Below, piece by piece: positions 50,780 through 59,941 of a stretch of DNA of 64,000 nucleotides. Source of the DNA: Vulcanimicrobiota bacterium (lineage in GTDB: Bacteria; Vulcanimicrobiota; Vulcanimicrobiia; Vulcanimicrobiales; Vulcanimicrobiaceae). The stretch spans positions 512,001 through 576,000 of the forward strand of contig CAVZQC010000002.1 of assembly GCA_963777315.1 (NCBI GenBank). Reading direction: 5' to 3'. The notes under the pieces were generated by a model. That model was given only the letters and a program-made list of their open reading frames with translations, was not told the origin of the DNA and made no database searches. Numbering within the stretch: position 1 is the first letter of the stretch; each line of letters begins with the position of its first letter. Both the position numbers and the translations under genes were made by a program.

Positions 50780-51181
50780 ATGCCTGCAGTCTTAACGGTC
50801 GACACGCGCAGCGGCGTCCCGATTTACCTGCAAATCGTCGAGCAGGTAAAGCGCTCGGTCGCTCTGGGCGTGCTGGCCCCGGGCGAACAGCTGCCCACGG
50901 TAAAGCAATTGGCGCTGGATCTCACCGTCAACCCGAATACCGTGGGCCGCGCATACCGCGAACTCGAGCGCGATGAAGTGATTCAGACCGCTCCCGGCCG
51001 CGGATCGTTCGTCCGCGCCAACGGGACGGCGGTTTCGCCCGCCCGTGCGGCGGCGAGCGACGTCGCCGCCGAAGCGCTAGCGCAGGCGGTGCGCGAGGTC
51101 AAATCCCTGGGCTTGACGCCCGCACAAGCTCGCGAACATTTTGAAGCCGCGCTCGCGCGGTGGTTTCCGGAGGAAGCATGA
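50780..51181 (+). CDS. GntR family regulator, YtrA subfamily
   Basis: PIYLQIVEQ, LPTVKQLA..L.VNPNTV.RAYREL, GRGSFV; short C-terminal domain. Confidence 0.92.
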   Translation: MPAVLTVDTRSGVPIYLQIVEQVKRSVALGVLAPGEQLPTVKQLALDLTVNPNTVGRAYRELERDEVIQTAPGRGSFVRANGTAVSPARAAASDVAAEALAQAVREVKSLGLTPAQAREHFEAALARWFPEEA

Positions 51182-52077
51182 GCATTTCGATCGAGCATTT
51201 GAGCAAAGCATACGGCACGCTGATCGCAGTCGATGATCTGAGCATCGAGATTCCCGGCGGCTCGGTTTTTGGTCTGCTCGGGCCCAACGGCGCGGGCAAA
51301 ACGACGACGTTCAAGTGCATGCTGGGGCTGGCATCGAGCTGGTCGGGAAGCGTTCGTTTCGACGGCAAGCCGTTGACGCCGCAGACGTTCGAGCGGCTCG
51401 CGTACGTGCCGGAACGAAGCGTGCTCTACGATTGGATGAGCGCCGCGGACCATCTGCAGATGCAAAAGCGAGCGTTTGCGCGCTACAGCGAAAAGCGCGC
51501 GCTCGAGCTGATGGAACTGTTTTCACTGGACCGGCGCAAGCGCGTACGCGCGATGTCCAAAGGAATGCGCACGGCGCTGTCGGTGGTGATGGCGTTTGCC
51601 ATCGAACCCGAGATCATGATTCTGGACGAACCCACCAGCGGCTTGGATCCGGTCAACCAGCGGTCGGTGCTCAAGCTCGTCATCGACGCCTCGGCGCAAG
51701 GCTGCACGATCGTGCTGTCATCGCACCAGATCGGCCAAGTAGAGCGCGCGGCGGATCACATCGTCGTGCTGCGGGACGGTAAGGCCGTTCTCGCCGGCGC
51801 CGTCGACGATCTCAAGGCCGGTTCCAAGATCGTCGAAGGCATCTTCCCGTCCGACGCGATCGCCCTCAACGGTCTGAGCGGCGATACACGCGTGCGCCGC
51901 GTCGAAAAAACGGGCCGGATCGTGCGTGTGACCGTCAGCGACGCCGGCGAGACGTTCGCTCGCGAATTGAGCGCTCTGGGTGCCCAAAGCGTACGCATCG
52001 TCGATTTGAATCTCGAGGATATTTTCTTGAACGCGGTGGACGCGGGTCAAACCGCCGACCTCGTGGAGGCAGGCTGA
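51178..52077 (+). CDS. ABC transporter ATP-binding protein (YtrB-like)
   Basis: GPNGAGKTT, MSKGM signature, ILDEPTSGLD, SSH. Confidence 0.93.
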   Translation: MSISIEHLSKAYGTLIAVDDLSIEIPGGSVFGLLGPNGAGKTTTFKCMLGLASSWSGSVRFDGKPLTPQTFERLAYVPERSVLYDWMSAADHLQMQKRAFARYSEKRALELMELFSLDRRKRVRAMSKGMRTALSVVMAFAIEPEIMILDEPTSGLDPVNQRSVLKLVIDASAQGCTIVLSSHQIGQVERAADHIVVLRDGKAVLAGAVDDLKAGSKIVEGIFPSDAIALNGLSGDTRVRRVEKTGRIVRVTVSDAGETFARELSALGAQSVRIVDLNLEDIFLNAVDAGQTADLVEAG

Positions 52078-53102
52078 TGTTGTATTTCGTCGAGTATTTG
52101 CGCGCCCGCAATGCCGTTCGCGTAGCGTTGATCCTGCTGGGCATATTTCTGGTGATCGCCATCGTGCTGCGGATCGCGCTGCACGCGCCCAGCGCGCAGG
52201 ACTGGGCGATTGGCTTGCAGAGTTCGCCTACGGCCCACGTTTCCAAAACGCGGCTGCCGAACGGCGCCACCCGCATCGTCGTCGACGATCCTCGCAAGCA
52301 TACGCACGCGGTCATCGTGCAGCGCGGCAGCACTACCCATATGGTCATTACCGAACCGCAAGGAACGCAGCGCAGCCGATCGCGCGACGGCGTTTCGATG
52401 GGCAGCATGAGCGTGAACGAGAGCTCCAGCCGCGGGGTCTCGCGCACCACGGTCGACTACACGCGCGGCTTCACTTACGATCTAGGACTATTGTTTGCGA
52501 TCACGATTCCCATAGGCCTGATCGTCGCCACGATGCTGGGCGGCGCGCTGGCAAAGGAGAACGACGGCCATTTGGAACTCGCGTGGACGAAACCCGTTTC
52601 GCGCGAACGCTATGCGTTGGCCGCGGTCGGCGTGGACGTCGCAGCGATCCTGCTCTCGCAGCTGCTCACCATGGCGTTCGCGCTGGGGGCTACGCTGCTG
52701 TTCGTCGTGCCGTCCATCGGCTATGCAAGGGCCGGCTGGGAGATTCCGCTCGCGCTGCTCGCGCCTATTGCGTGGTACGCGCTGCTCACCGCCTTTAGCG
52801 CCTCGCTCAAGCGGGGACCGGGTTTGGTCGTCGGATTGGGCTGGGTGTTCGCCATCATCGTTCCCAACGTGGCGGTGGGGCTCGCGCACGTGGCAGGCGT
52901 CAATCGGATCGCGGCGTGGTTCTACGCAATCTTCCACGGATTGGCATTCCTGGACCCGCTGGCATATCTGAGCTACGGCAGCAGCAATGCGAGCGCGCCG
53001 GTTTTACAACTCTCTGCGCAGGCTGCGGTCGGCGCGCTCGCAGCCCTGTCGATCGGATACATTGCGTTGTCGGTGCTGCAATGGCGCCGTTTGGAGGCTT
53101 AA
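52077..53102 (+). CDS. ABC-2 type permease with extracytoplasmic domain
   Basis: TM1, beta-rich loop, E.DGHLELAWTKPVSR motif, five further TMs. Confidence 0.8.
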   Translation: MLYFVEYLRARNAVRVALILLGIFLVIAIVLRIALHAPSAQDWAIGLQSSPTAHVSKTRLPNGATRIVVDDPRKHTHAVIVQRGSTTHMVITEPQGTQRSRSRDGVSMGSMSVNESSSRGVSRTTVDYTRGFTYDLGLLFAITIPIGLIVATMLGGALAKENDGHLELAWTKPVSRERYALAAVGVDVAAILLSQLLTMAFALGATLLFVVPSIGYARAGWEIPLALLAPIAWYALLTAFSASLKRGPGLVVGLGWVFAIIVPNVAVGLAHVAGVNRIAAWFYAIFHGLAFLDPLAYLSYGSSNASAPVLQLSAQAAVGALAALSIGYIALSVLQWRRLEA

Positions 53103-53106
53103 CGTC

Positions 53107-53238
53107 ATGGAACTGTTCGGTGCGAAATTTTCGATTGCTCTGGGCGCATGGAGGGTGCGGTTCGTGCTGATGCTCGAGGATCCGCAGGAAGAGCTCACAG
53201 CACGAAGGACGTCGCATGCGAAGGTGCGAGGTACTTGA
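53107..53238 (+). CDS. 43-aa small protein at the end of the GntR-ABC operon
   Basis: GGAGG RBS, ATG 4 nt after the permease stop; MELFGAKFSIALGAWRVRFVLMLEDPQEELTARRTSHAKVRGT*. Confidence 0.45.
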   Translation: MELFGAKFSIALGAWRVRFVLMLEDPQEELTARRTSHAKVRGT

Positions 53239-54355
53239 ACTTTCCGTCCGCCACGGTGTAGAAGTACACCAGCGGATCGATCGCGTCGCCGGTGGGCAAA
53301 AATTGAAACTGGCCCACGACGGTGCTGTACGATGACGGCGCTTGCAGGGCCGCCATCGTCGATAAGCGATTGTTCGCGCCCGTCCGCCGCACCGCGCTCA
53401 TGACGACCTGCGCGGCCGCGTAAGAGAATGCGGAAAGCGCCGTCAGCGGATAGCGCGAACGGAAATCGCCCAGCGCGTTGGCGATGTCGGGCGCCAGATC
53501 GAGCGGCGGCAGCGACGTGGAAACGATGCTGCCCGCCAATGCATCGGCGTAATTGCGCAGGGCCGTTTGGTTGAAAAATCCTTGCGATGCGCCGAGCTTT
53601 CCGGAGTAGCCGGCCGAATGCAGCGCGGGAACGAGCGGTCCCATTGCGGTTGCTTCCCCGCAAAGGTAGACGAAGTCCGCCTTCTTTGCCGCAATGGCCG
53701 CCGCCGCTGCACCGTAGTCCGGCTTGTCGTACGGAAAGAGGTACGCGAACGCAGCCATGCCGCTGGGTTTGGCCTGGTTGAGAAACCCTTGCGCGACGTC
53801 TTGACCGTAATCGCCGTCTTGCGAAACCGCGATTGCCAGTTTGGGTTTGTCGCGTTTCGCCACGAACTGCGCGGCCAGTCTGCCTTCAGTGGAATCCTTG
53901 ACGGGCAGACGCCAAACGCTGCGGTACCCGCGCGCGGTGATGCTGTCCGCGGTGGAGGCCGAGACCAGCAACGGCATCTGCGCGTTTTGATACGTCGTCA
54001 GAGCCGCGCTGATGAGCGGTCCGTCGAAGCCGCCGACTATCGCGATGACGGTGGGATCCGCGGCGGCAAACTGGACGTTGACCATCGCCTGTGCGAGCGC
54101 GTCGAGATCGTCGAACGTGCGCACGGCAAAGGCGCTGGAAAACGTACCGCTCAACCGGTTGGCATAGTCGATCGCCCCCTGCACGCCGGCGACGATCTCG
54201 CGCCCGGCCGCCGCGCGATCGCCCGAAAGCGGTGCGTTGACGCCGATCGTCAGCTGCTGCTGGAACGGGCGGTTGAGCACTTGCGCGCGCGCGGCCAAAG
54301 GCAGTGACGCCGCACCGGCTGCCCCGGCAGCGAGCAAAAAACGGCGGCGGTCCAT
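53195..54355 (-). CDS. Branched-chain amino acid ABC substrate-binding protein (LivJ/K-like), Tat-exported
   Basis: MDRRRFL Tat motif, IGVNAPLSG, DYG, F...GD. Confidence 0.85.
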   Translation of the reverse strand: MDRRRFLLAAGAAGAASLPLAARAQVLNRPFQQQLTIGVNAPLSGDRAAAGREIVAGVQGAIDYANRLSGTFSSAFAVRTFDDLDALAQAMVNVQFAAADPTVIAIVGGFDGPLISAALTTYQNAQMPLLVSASTADSITARGYRSVWRLPVKDSTEGRLAAQFVAKRDKPKLAIAVSQDGDYGQDVAQGFLNQAKPSGMAAFAYLFPYDKPDYGAAAAAIAAKKADFVYLCGEATAMGPLVPALHSAGYSGKLGASQGFFNQTALRNYADALAGSIVSTSLPPLDLAPDIANALGDFRSRYPLTALSAFSYAAAQVVMSAVRRTGANNRLSTMAALQAPSSYSTVVGQFQFLPTGDAIDPLVYFYTVADGKFKYLAPSHATSFVL

Positions 54356-54357
54356 CT

Positions 54358-55230
54358 TCACCTCAACGCAAATCCGGCAACGGTGGTTAGCGCGAAAACC
54401 ACCGAAAACGCCATGTTCGCGGTAAACACCCGTTCGTTGAGCGTAAACACGTTTTGGGCAATTCCAAAGATGCGATCCTCATAGAGGACCAGTGCTGCGG
54501 CGGCAGCCGCGCCGATCGCATACGGCCACGCGGCGCCGGCGAGAATGCCGGCTGCCGTCAGCAATGCGGCCATGGCTGCATGCAGCGCAAGCGGCAGCCT
54601 GCGCGCGCTTCCCGCGCCGAAGCGGGCCGGCAAGGAGCGAATGCCCTGCTGCAGATCGACCGGCAAATCCATCAACGCGTAGATGATGTCGAAGCCGGCG
54701 ACCCATACGGTGACTGCGGCGAACAGCAGCATCGCGGGCCACGTCACCGTGCCGGCAACGCCGATGAACGCGCCCAGCGGCGCAAGCGCGTCCACGCCCC
54801 CCAAGACGAAGTGCGTGAGCCAGGTAAACCGTTTGCACAGCGGATACAGCAGCACGCCGAGCGCTGCAATCGGCAGCAGCTTCACGCACAGCGGATTGAG
54901 CTGCCAGGCCGAAACGACCAGCAAAACGATGCCCAGAACGGTCGCCCAAAGCATTACGGGCGCGGCGATCTTCCCGCTGACCAGCGCGCGCCGGGCGGTA
55001 CGCGGATTGCGCGCATCCAAATCGCGATCGAAATATCTGTTGGCGGCCATTGCGGCGGTGCGGGCGCCGAATACCGCAAGCGTGATCCACAGAAGCTGGT
55101 ACGGCGAGGGCGATCCGGCGAAAACTGCGCCGACGTAGGCGAACGGAAGCGCGAAGAGGGTATGCTCGATGCGGATCTCTTTGAGAAAAACGCCGACGGT
55201 ATTGCGAGCTTCGAGCAATGGGGCGGCCAT
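54358..55230 (-). CDS. UbiA-family prenyltransferase (MqnP-like, futalosine menaquinone pathway)
   Basis: EHTLFALPF, ARTAAMAANR..D..LDARNPRT, KRFT, WVAGFDIIYA.MD. Confidence 0.88.
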   Translation of the reverse strand: MAAPLLEARNTVGVFLKEIRIEHTLFALPFAYVGAVFAGSPSPYQLLWITLAVFGARTAAMAANRYFDRDLDARNPRTARRALVSGKIAAPVMLWATVLGIVLLVVSAWQLNPLCVKLLPIAALGVLLYPLCKRFTWLTHFVLGGVDALAPLGAFIGVAGTVTWPAMLLFAAVTVWVAGFDIIYALMDLPVDLQQGIRSLPARFGAGSARRLPLALHAAMAALLTAAGILAGAAWPYAIGAAAAAALVLYEDRIFGIAQNVFTLNERVFTANMAFSVVFALTTVAGFALR

Positions 55231-55232
55231 GC

Positions 55233-56744
55233 TCACGATAGTAGGCGGCGCACCGCATCCGGACCTTGTCCCGACCAGCGGTCGGGGCGCAGGCTGCGGC
55301 CGATGCGATCCAACCCGTATTCTTTCCAGCGCGCGGCCACCAGATCGCGCGTCTGCTCGTCCATCACCATGTCGGGCGGCCAGCCACGCGTATACCCCTC
55401 GGCCGCGCTCTTGCGCGTCGCATCGATGCCGATCTTCATGCCGACGGCCGGCTCGAACGATGCGTGGTCCAAATCGTCGACCGGGCCGGGCATCATGACG
55501 ACGTCGCGCTGCGCGTCCAAATTGTTCAGCACGAACCATGCGGCTGCGCGTGCGTCCTGCACGTCCACGTCGTCGTCGACGATCACCAGCAGCCGCGTGA
55601 GCATCAGCATGTGGCCGAGCCCCCAGAGCGCGTTCATCACCTTCTTGGCTTGTCCGGGGTAGGATTTGCGGATCGAAACGATCGCCAGATTGTGAAAGCC
55701 GCCTTCAACGGGCAAATTCATGTCGGTGATCTCGGGAACGACCATCTGCAGCAGCGGCAAAAAGATGCGTTCGGTGGCTTTGCCCAGCCACGCGTCTTCC
55801 ATCGGCGGTTTGCCCACGATGGTCGCCGGATAGATCGGGTTGCGCCGATGCGACATGTGCTGAACGTGAAATGTCGGATAGCGGTCGGCAAGACTGTAGA
55901 CGCCGGTGTGATCGCCGAACGGTCCTTCGGTCCGAAGGTCGGTATTGTCGACGTAACCTTCGAGAACGAATTCGGCATCGGCCGGCACTTTGAGGTCGAC
56001 CGTTTTGCACTGCACGAGTTTGACGGCTTTGCCGCGCAGCAAGCCTGCGAATGAAAATTCGTCGACCACCGGAGGGAGCGGCGCGGTGGCCGCATACGTG
56101 ATCGCCGGGTCGGCGCCGATTGCAACCGCAGCGGGAATGCTGTCGCCCCACGCTTTTGCGTGCGCGCGTCCGTGCTTGTGGCGCTGCCAGTGCATGCCGG
56201 CTTCCCGCGCGCCGTACACTTGCATGCGATACATGCCCACGTTGGAACGGCCGGTCTTGGGATCTTTTGTGATCACGAGCGGCAAGGTGATGAACGGTCC
56301 GGCATCGAGCGGCCACGTCGTCAGAACCGGCAGCTGCGCGAGATCGGGCTGCTCGACGGATACCTCTTGGCAGCTGCCGTCGGCAACCGTTTTGGCAATC
56401 GCTCCCGCCAGGGGCGCCAGCGAGAGAAATTTGCCGATTCGATCGATCGCGCTTGCCGGAATCGAAAGGTCGAACAGGCGGCGAATGCGATCCGATGCTT
56501 CGTCCAACGTCTTTACGCCCAAGGCCATCGCCATGCGCCTTTGCGTTCCGAACTGATTGGTGATTACCGGAAACTGCGATCCTTTCACGTCGGTGAAGAG
56601 CAGTGCCGGGCCGCCGGCTTTGACGACCCGGTCCGTAATCGCGCTGATTTCCAGACGCGGATCTACGGGTGCGTCGATGCGGTGCAGCTCGCCGGCGCGG
56701 TCGAGCGCTTCGACGAACGCGCGAAGTGAATCAAAAGCCGCCAC
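55233..56744 (-). CDS. UbiD-family decarboxylase (menaquinone biosynthesis MqnL-like)
   Basis: GGPALLF, WPLDAGPFIT, NVGMYR, MHWQRHK, EGPFGDHTG, GKPPMED; start GTG 56744 or ATG 56759. Confidence 0.9.
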   Translation of the reverse strand: MAAFDSLRAFVEALDRAGELHRIDAPVDPRLEISAITDRVVKAGGPALLFTDVKGSQFPVITNQFGTQRRMAMALGVKTLDEASDRIRRLFDLSIPASAIDRIGKFLSLAPLAGAIAKTVADGSCQEVSVEQPDLAQLPVLTTWPLDAGPFITLPLVITKDPKTGRSNVGMYRMQVYGAREAGMHWQRHKHGRAHAKAWGDSIPAAVAIGADPAITYAATAPLPPVVDEFSFAGLLRGKAVKLVQCKTVDLKVPADAEFVLEGYVDNTDLRTEGPFGDHTGVYSLADRYPTFHVQHMSHRRNPIYPATIVGKPPMEDAWLGKATERIFLPLLQMVVPEITDMNLPVEGGFHNLAIVSIRKSYPGQAKKVMNALWGLGHMLMLTRLLVIVDDDVDVQDARAAAWFVLNNLDAQRDVVMMPGPVDDLDHASFEPAVGMKIGIDATRKSAAEGYTRGWPPDMVMDEQTRDLVAARWKEYGLDRIGRSLRPDRWSGQGPDAVRRLLS

Positions 56745-56789
56745 ACGCCACTCTATCATGCCGGTTCGGCGCGGGACAACGGCCGTTCA

Positions 56790-57632
56790 TCAACCGCGAG
56801 ACATCGTGCGCAGGATCAAACGATCCCGCAGCCGTTCCGGCAGCGAAGCGGCGATGCGGCGCTGCCAGGACGGCGGATTGCCCACGGCATACCGGGCACG
56901 CGGATTGGCCGCGCGTAACGCGGTAAGCACCGTCTGCGCCACTTTGCCGGGTTCGATTCCGGTACGCTCTTCATGTTCGGTCAATCGTACGAGAGCTTCG
57001 ATTGCAGGGCCGTAATATTGTGCCGCGCCGGCGGGCATGCGCGCGGCAATCTCGTCTTTTTCGCTGCGGCCTTTTTGCCAGATGGGGGTACGCACGTTGC
57101 CCGGCTGAACGACGCAGACGCTGATGCCGAACGGCGCGAGCTCCATGCGCAGCGAGTCGGCCAGCGCTTCCAGCGCAAACTTCGAGCTGGCGTACGGTCC
57201 GACGAGCGGCGAGGCGATTTGTCCGGAAACCGAGCTCATGAACACGACCCGGCCGCGCGTTCGGCGCAGCAGCGGAAGCGCGGCCTGCGTTACCGCCAGC
57301 GCGCCGAAGACGTTGACCTCGAACTGGCGCCGAAGATCTTCGATCGAAAGAAATTCCAGGGGACCGGCGACGGCGATCCCGGCATTATTCACGACCGCAT
57401 CCAGGCCCGCTCCGCTGCGCTCGATGGAGTCCGCCGCCCGCGCAATTTCTTGCGCGTTGCGCACGTCGAGCGCGACGGGGCGGATGCCGGCATGATTGCG
57501 TTGCAGGCGCAAGGCGTCCGCGTCACTGCGCACGCCGGCAAATACGGTGTACCCTTCACGCGCGAGCAAAGCCGCCGTCGCATATCCTATGCCCGTCGAA
57601 GCGCCGGTGACGAGCGCGCTGCGCGCGTGCAG
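56790..57632 (-). CDS. Short-chain dehydrogenase/reductase
   Basis: TGASTGIG, NNAG, YASSK; Rossmann motif lies upstream of the first canonical start, so CTG at 57632 (GGAG RBS) is proposed. Confidence 0.88.
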   Translation of the reverse strand: MHARSALVTGASTGIGYATAALLAREGYTVFAGVRSDADALRLQRNHAGIRPVALDVRNAQEIARAADSIERSGAGLDAVVNNAGIAVAGPLEFLSIEDLRRQFEVNVFGALAVTQAALPLLRRTRGRVVFMSSVSGQIASPLVGPYASSKFALEALADSLRMELAPFGISVCVVQPGNVRTPIWQKGRSEKDEIAARMPAGAAQYYGPAIEALVRLTEHEERTGIEPGKVAQTVLTALRAANPRARYAVGNPPSWQRRIAASLPERLRDRLILRTMSRG

Positions 57633-57634
57633 CG

Positions 57635-59851
57635 CTACTCCATGCGGCGCCGCGGACGGCGCGGACGCCGGCTTTCGCCGCCGCCCGTTCGAGCGGATTC
57701 TTGATGGTCGGGCGAGCCGTTGCCGGACGGAGCGGACGTGCCGGCCAGAACGGCTTTGCGCGAAAGATTCACGCGCCCTTGACCGTCGATCTCCATCACT
57801 TTGACCATCACTTCGTCGCCGACTTTGACGACGTCCTCGACGCGTTCGACCCGCGTGGGCGCGAGTTGGCTGATGTGCACCAGCCCTTCTTTGCCCGGCA
57901 GGATCTTCACGAATGCGCCGATGTTGATGATTCGCGTGACCTCGCCCATGTACGTTTCGCCGACGACGACGTCTTTGGTGATCGCTTCGACCATTGCGCG
58001 CGCCTTTTCACCGGATTCGCCGTCGAGCGAGGTGATGAACACCTTGCCGTCGTCTTCGATGTCGATCTTCTCGACGCCGGTTTCCTCGATGATCTTGTTG
58101 ATGATCTTTCCGCCGGGGCCGATGACGTCTTTGATTTTGTCCGGATTGATCTGGACCACGATCATCCGCGGGGCAAACTTGCTCAATTCCGTGCGCGGCT
58201 GCGCGATCGTCTCGGCGAGCTTGTCGATGATGAACAGGCGCGACTTCTTGGCCTCTTCCATCGCTTCGCGCATGATCTGCACCGTGACGCCCTGCACTTT
58301 GATGTCCATTTGAATGGCGGTGATTCCCTTTCGCGTGCCCGCTACTTTGAAATCCATCTCGCCCAATGCATCTTCCAAGCCCTGGATGTCGGTGAGCACC
58401 GCGTACTTGTCGCCTTTGAGGATGAGCCCCATCGCCACGCCGGCAACGTGGTCCGCGATCGGAACGCCCGCGTCCATGAGCGCGAGCGTGCTCCCGCAAA
58501 CGGAAGCCATCGACGACGAACCGTTCGACTCGAGCACTTCGCTCATCAAGCGAAGCGTGTACGGGAACTCTTCCTTGGGAGGAAGCACCGGCAGCAGCGC
58601 GCGTTCGGCCAGATGTCCGTGGCCGATTTCGCGGCGTCCCGGGCCGCGCATGGGGCGCGTCTCGCCGACCGAGAACGGCGGGAAGTTGTAAAAGTGCATG
58701 TAGCGTTTGTTCGGCAAAGCGACGATGCCGTCCAAACGCTGTGCGTCGCTGGTCGACCCCAACGTGGCCGCCGTGAAGACTTGCGTCTGCCCGCGCGTAA
58801 AAACGCCGGATCCGTGCACGCGCGGCACGTAGTGCACTTTCGACCAGATCGGCCGGATGTCGCCGGCTTTTCGGCCGTCGGGACGGATCTTCTCGTCGAC
58901 GACCATGACGCGCAGCTCGTCCTCTTCCATCGCCTTGACGATCTTGTTGAAGTCCTTGGCGAGCACGGGATCTTCGAGCATTGCTTTGACTTTCGTATCG
59001 CCGCCGGCGCGCGCCAGCCCCTCTTGCGGCGTGAGCTTGTCGAACTCCGACTCGCGCTCGAGCTTATCGACGACGCGCATGGCTTTGGCCACGTCTTTTT
59101 TGAACGTCTTGCGCACCCACGCATCGAGATCGGAGTCGACTTTTTGCACGGGATACTCGCGCTTGGCTTTACCAACTTTCTTTGCCAGCTGCTCTATCGC
59201 CGCGACGATTTTCTTTATCTCAGCGTGCGCGAACTCGACGGCTCCTAAAAAATCTTCCTCGCCGATCTCGTTGCCGCCGCCTTCGACCATCATGACGGCG
59301 TCGGCCGTACCGGCAATGACGATATCCATTCCACCGGTTTCGTATTGGGGTAAGGTGGGATTGCAGATGTAGCCGCCGTCTTCGTCGCGCCCCACCCGCA
59401 CGGCCGCGACGGTTTTATCGAACGGAATGTCGGAAAGCGCCAGCGCGGCGCCCGCAGCGCACACGCCCAATACGTCCGCATCCAATTCCGGATCGATCGA
59501 GAACACCGTCGCAACGACTTGCACGTCGTTGCGAAAGCCGTCGGGGAACAGCGGACGGATAGGCCGGTCGATTTGACGGGAACTGAGCACGGCGTGTTCG
59601 GGCGGACGGCCTTCACGCTTGATGTAGCCGCCCGGTATCTTGCCGGCGGCATACATTTTCTCTTCGAAGTCGCACGTCAGCGGGAAGAAGTCGATGCCTT
59701 CACGAGGTTTCTCGGAGGCGGTGACGGCGCAGAGCACGACGTTTTGATCACCATAGCGCACCAGAGCGGAGCCGTTTGCTTGCTTCGCGAGTTCGCCGGT
59801 TTCGATGACCATCGTGCGCCCGCCGATCTCAAGTGAGACGGACTCTGGCAC
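57635..59851 (-). CDS. pnp: Polyribonucleotide nucleotidyltransferase
   Basis: ETGELAKQANG, DFFPL, RREIGHG, SNGSSSMAS, TDIQGLED..G.MDFKVAG, KH and S1 domains; AGGAG RBS before GTG 59851. Confidence 0.97.
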   Translation of the reverse strand: MPESVSLEIGGRTMVIETGELAKQANGSALVRYGDQNVVLCAVTASEKPREGIDFFPLTCDFEEKMYAAGKIPGGYIKREGRPPEHAVLSSRQIDRPIRPLFPDGFRNDVQVVATVFSIDPELDADVLGVCAAGAALALSDIPFDKTVAAVRVGRDEDGGYICNPTLPQYETGGMDIVIAGTADAVMMVEGGGNEIGEEDFLGAVEFAHAEIKKIVAAIEQLAKKVGKAKREYPVQKVDSDLDAWVRKTFKKDVAKAMRVVDKLERESEFDKLTPQEGLARAGGDTKVKAMLEDPVLAKDFNKIVKAMEEDELRVMVVDEKIRPDGRKAGDIRPIWSKVHYVPRVHGSGVFTRGQTQVFTAATLGSTSDAQRLDGIVALPNKRYMHFYNFPPFSVGETRPMRGPGRREIGHGHLAERALLPVLPPKEEFPYTLRLMSEVLESNGSSSMASVCGSTLALMDAGVPIADHVAGVAMGLILKGDKYAVLTDIQGLEDALGEMDFKVAGTRKGITAIQMDIKVQGVTVQIMREAMEEAKKSRLFIIDKLAETIAQPRTELSKFAPRMIVVQINPDKIKDVIGPGGKIINKIIEETGVEKIDIEDDGKVFITSLDGESGEKARAMVEAITKDVVVGETYMGEVTRIINIGAFVKILPGKEGLVHISQLAPTRVERVEDVVKVGDEVMVKVMEIDGQGRVNLSRKAVLAGTSAPSGNGSPDHQESARTGGGESRRPRRPRRRME

Positions 59852-59941
59852 GGTATCTCCTATTTCGTTATGTATTGAACCGTGCCGGGTTCGGGGAGCG
59901 CAACGGGATGCCCTGGCCGGCGCTGGTGCGAATGACCTGCC

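Noticed and set aside
50617..50976. 119-aa ORF over the gntR promoter region
   Set aside because: No RBS, overlaps gntR out of frame; the 38-aa ORF with a strong RBS fits better
59031..59044. TTCGACAAGCTCAC in pnp, resembling the REP-like motif in atpD
   Set aside because: Encodes FDKLT within a normal helical PNPase segment; no flanking duplication or evident insertion
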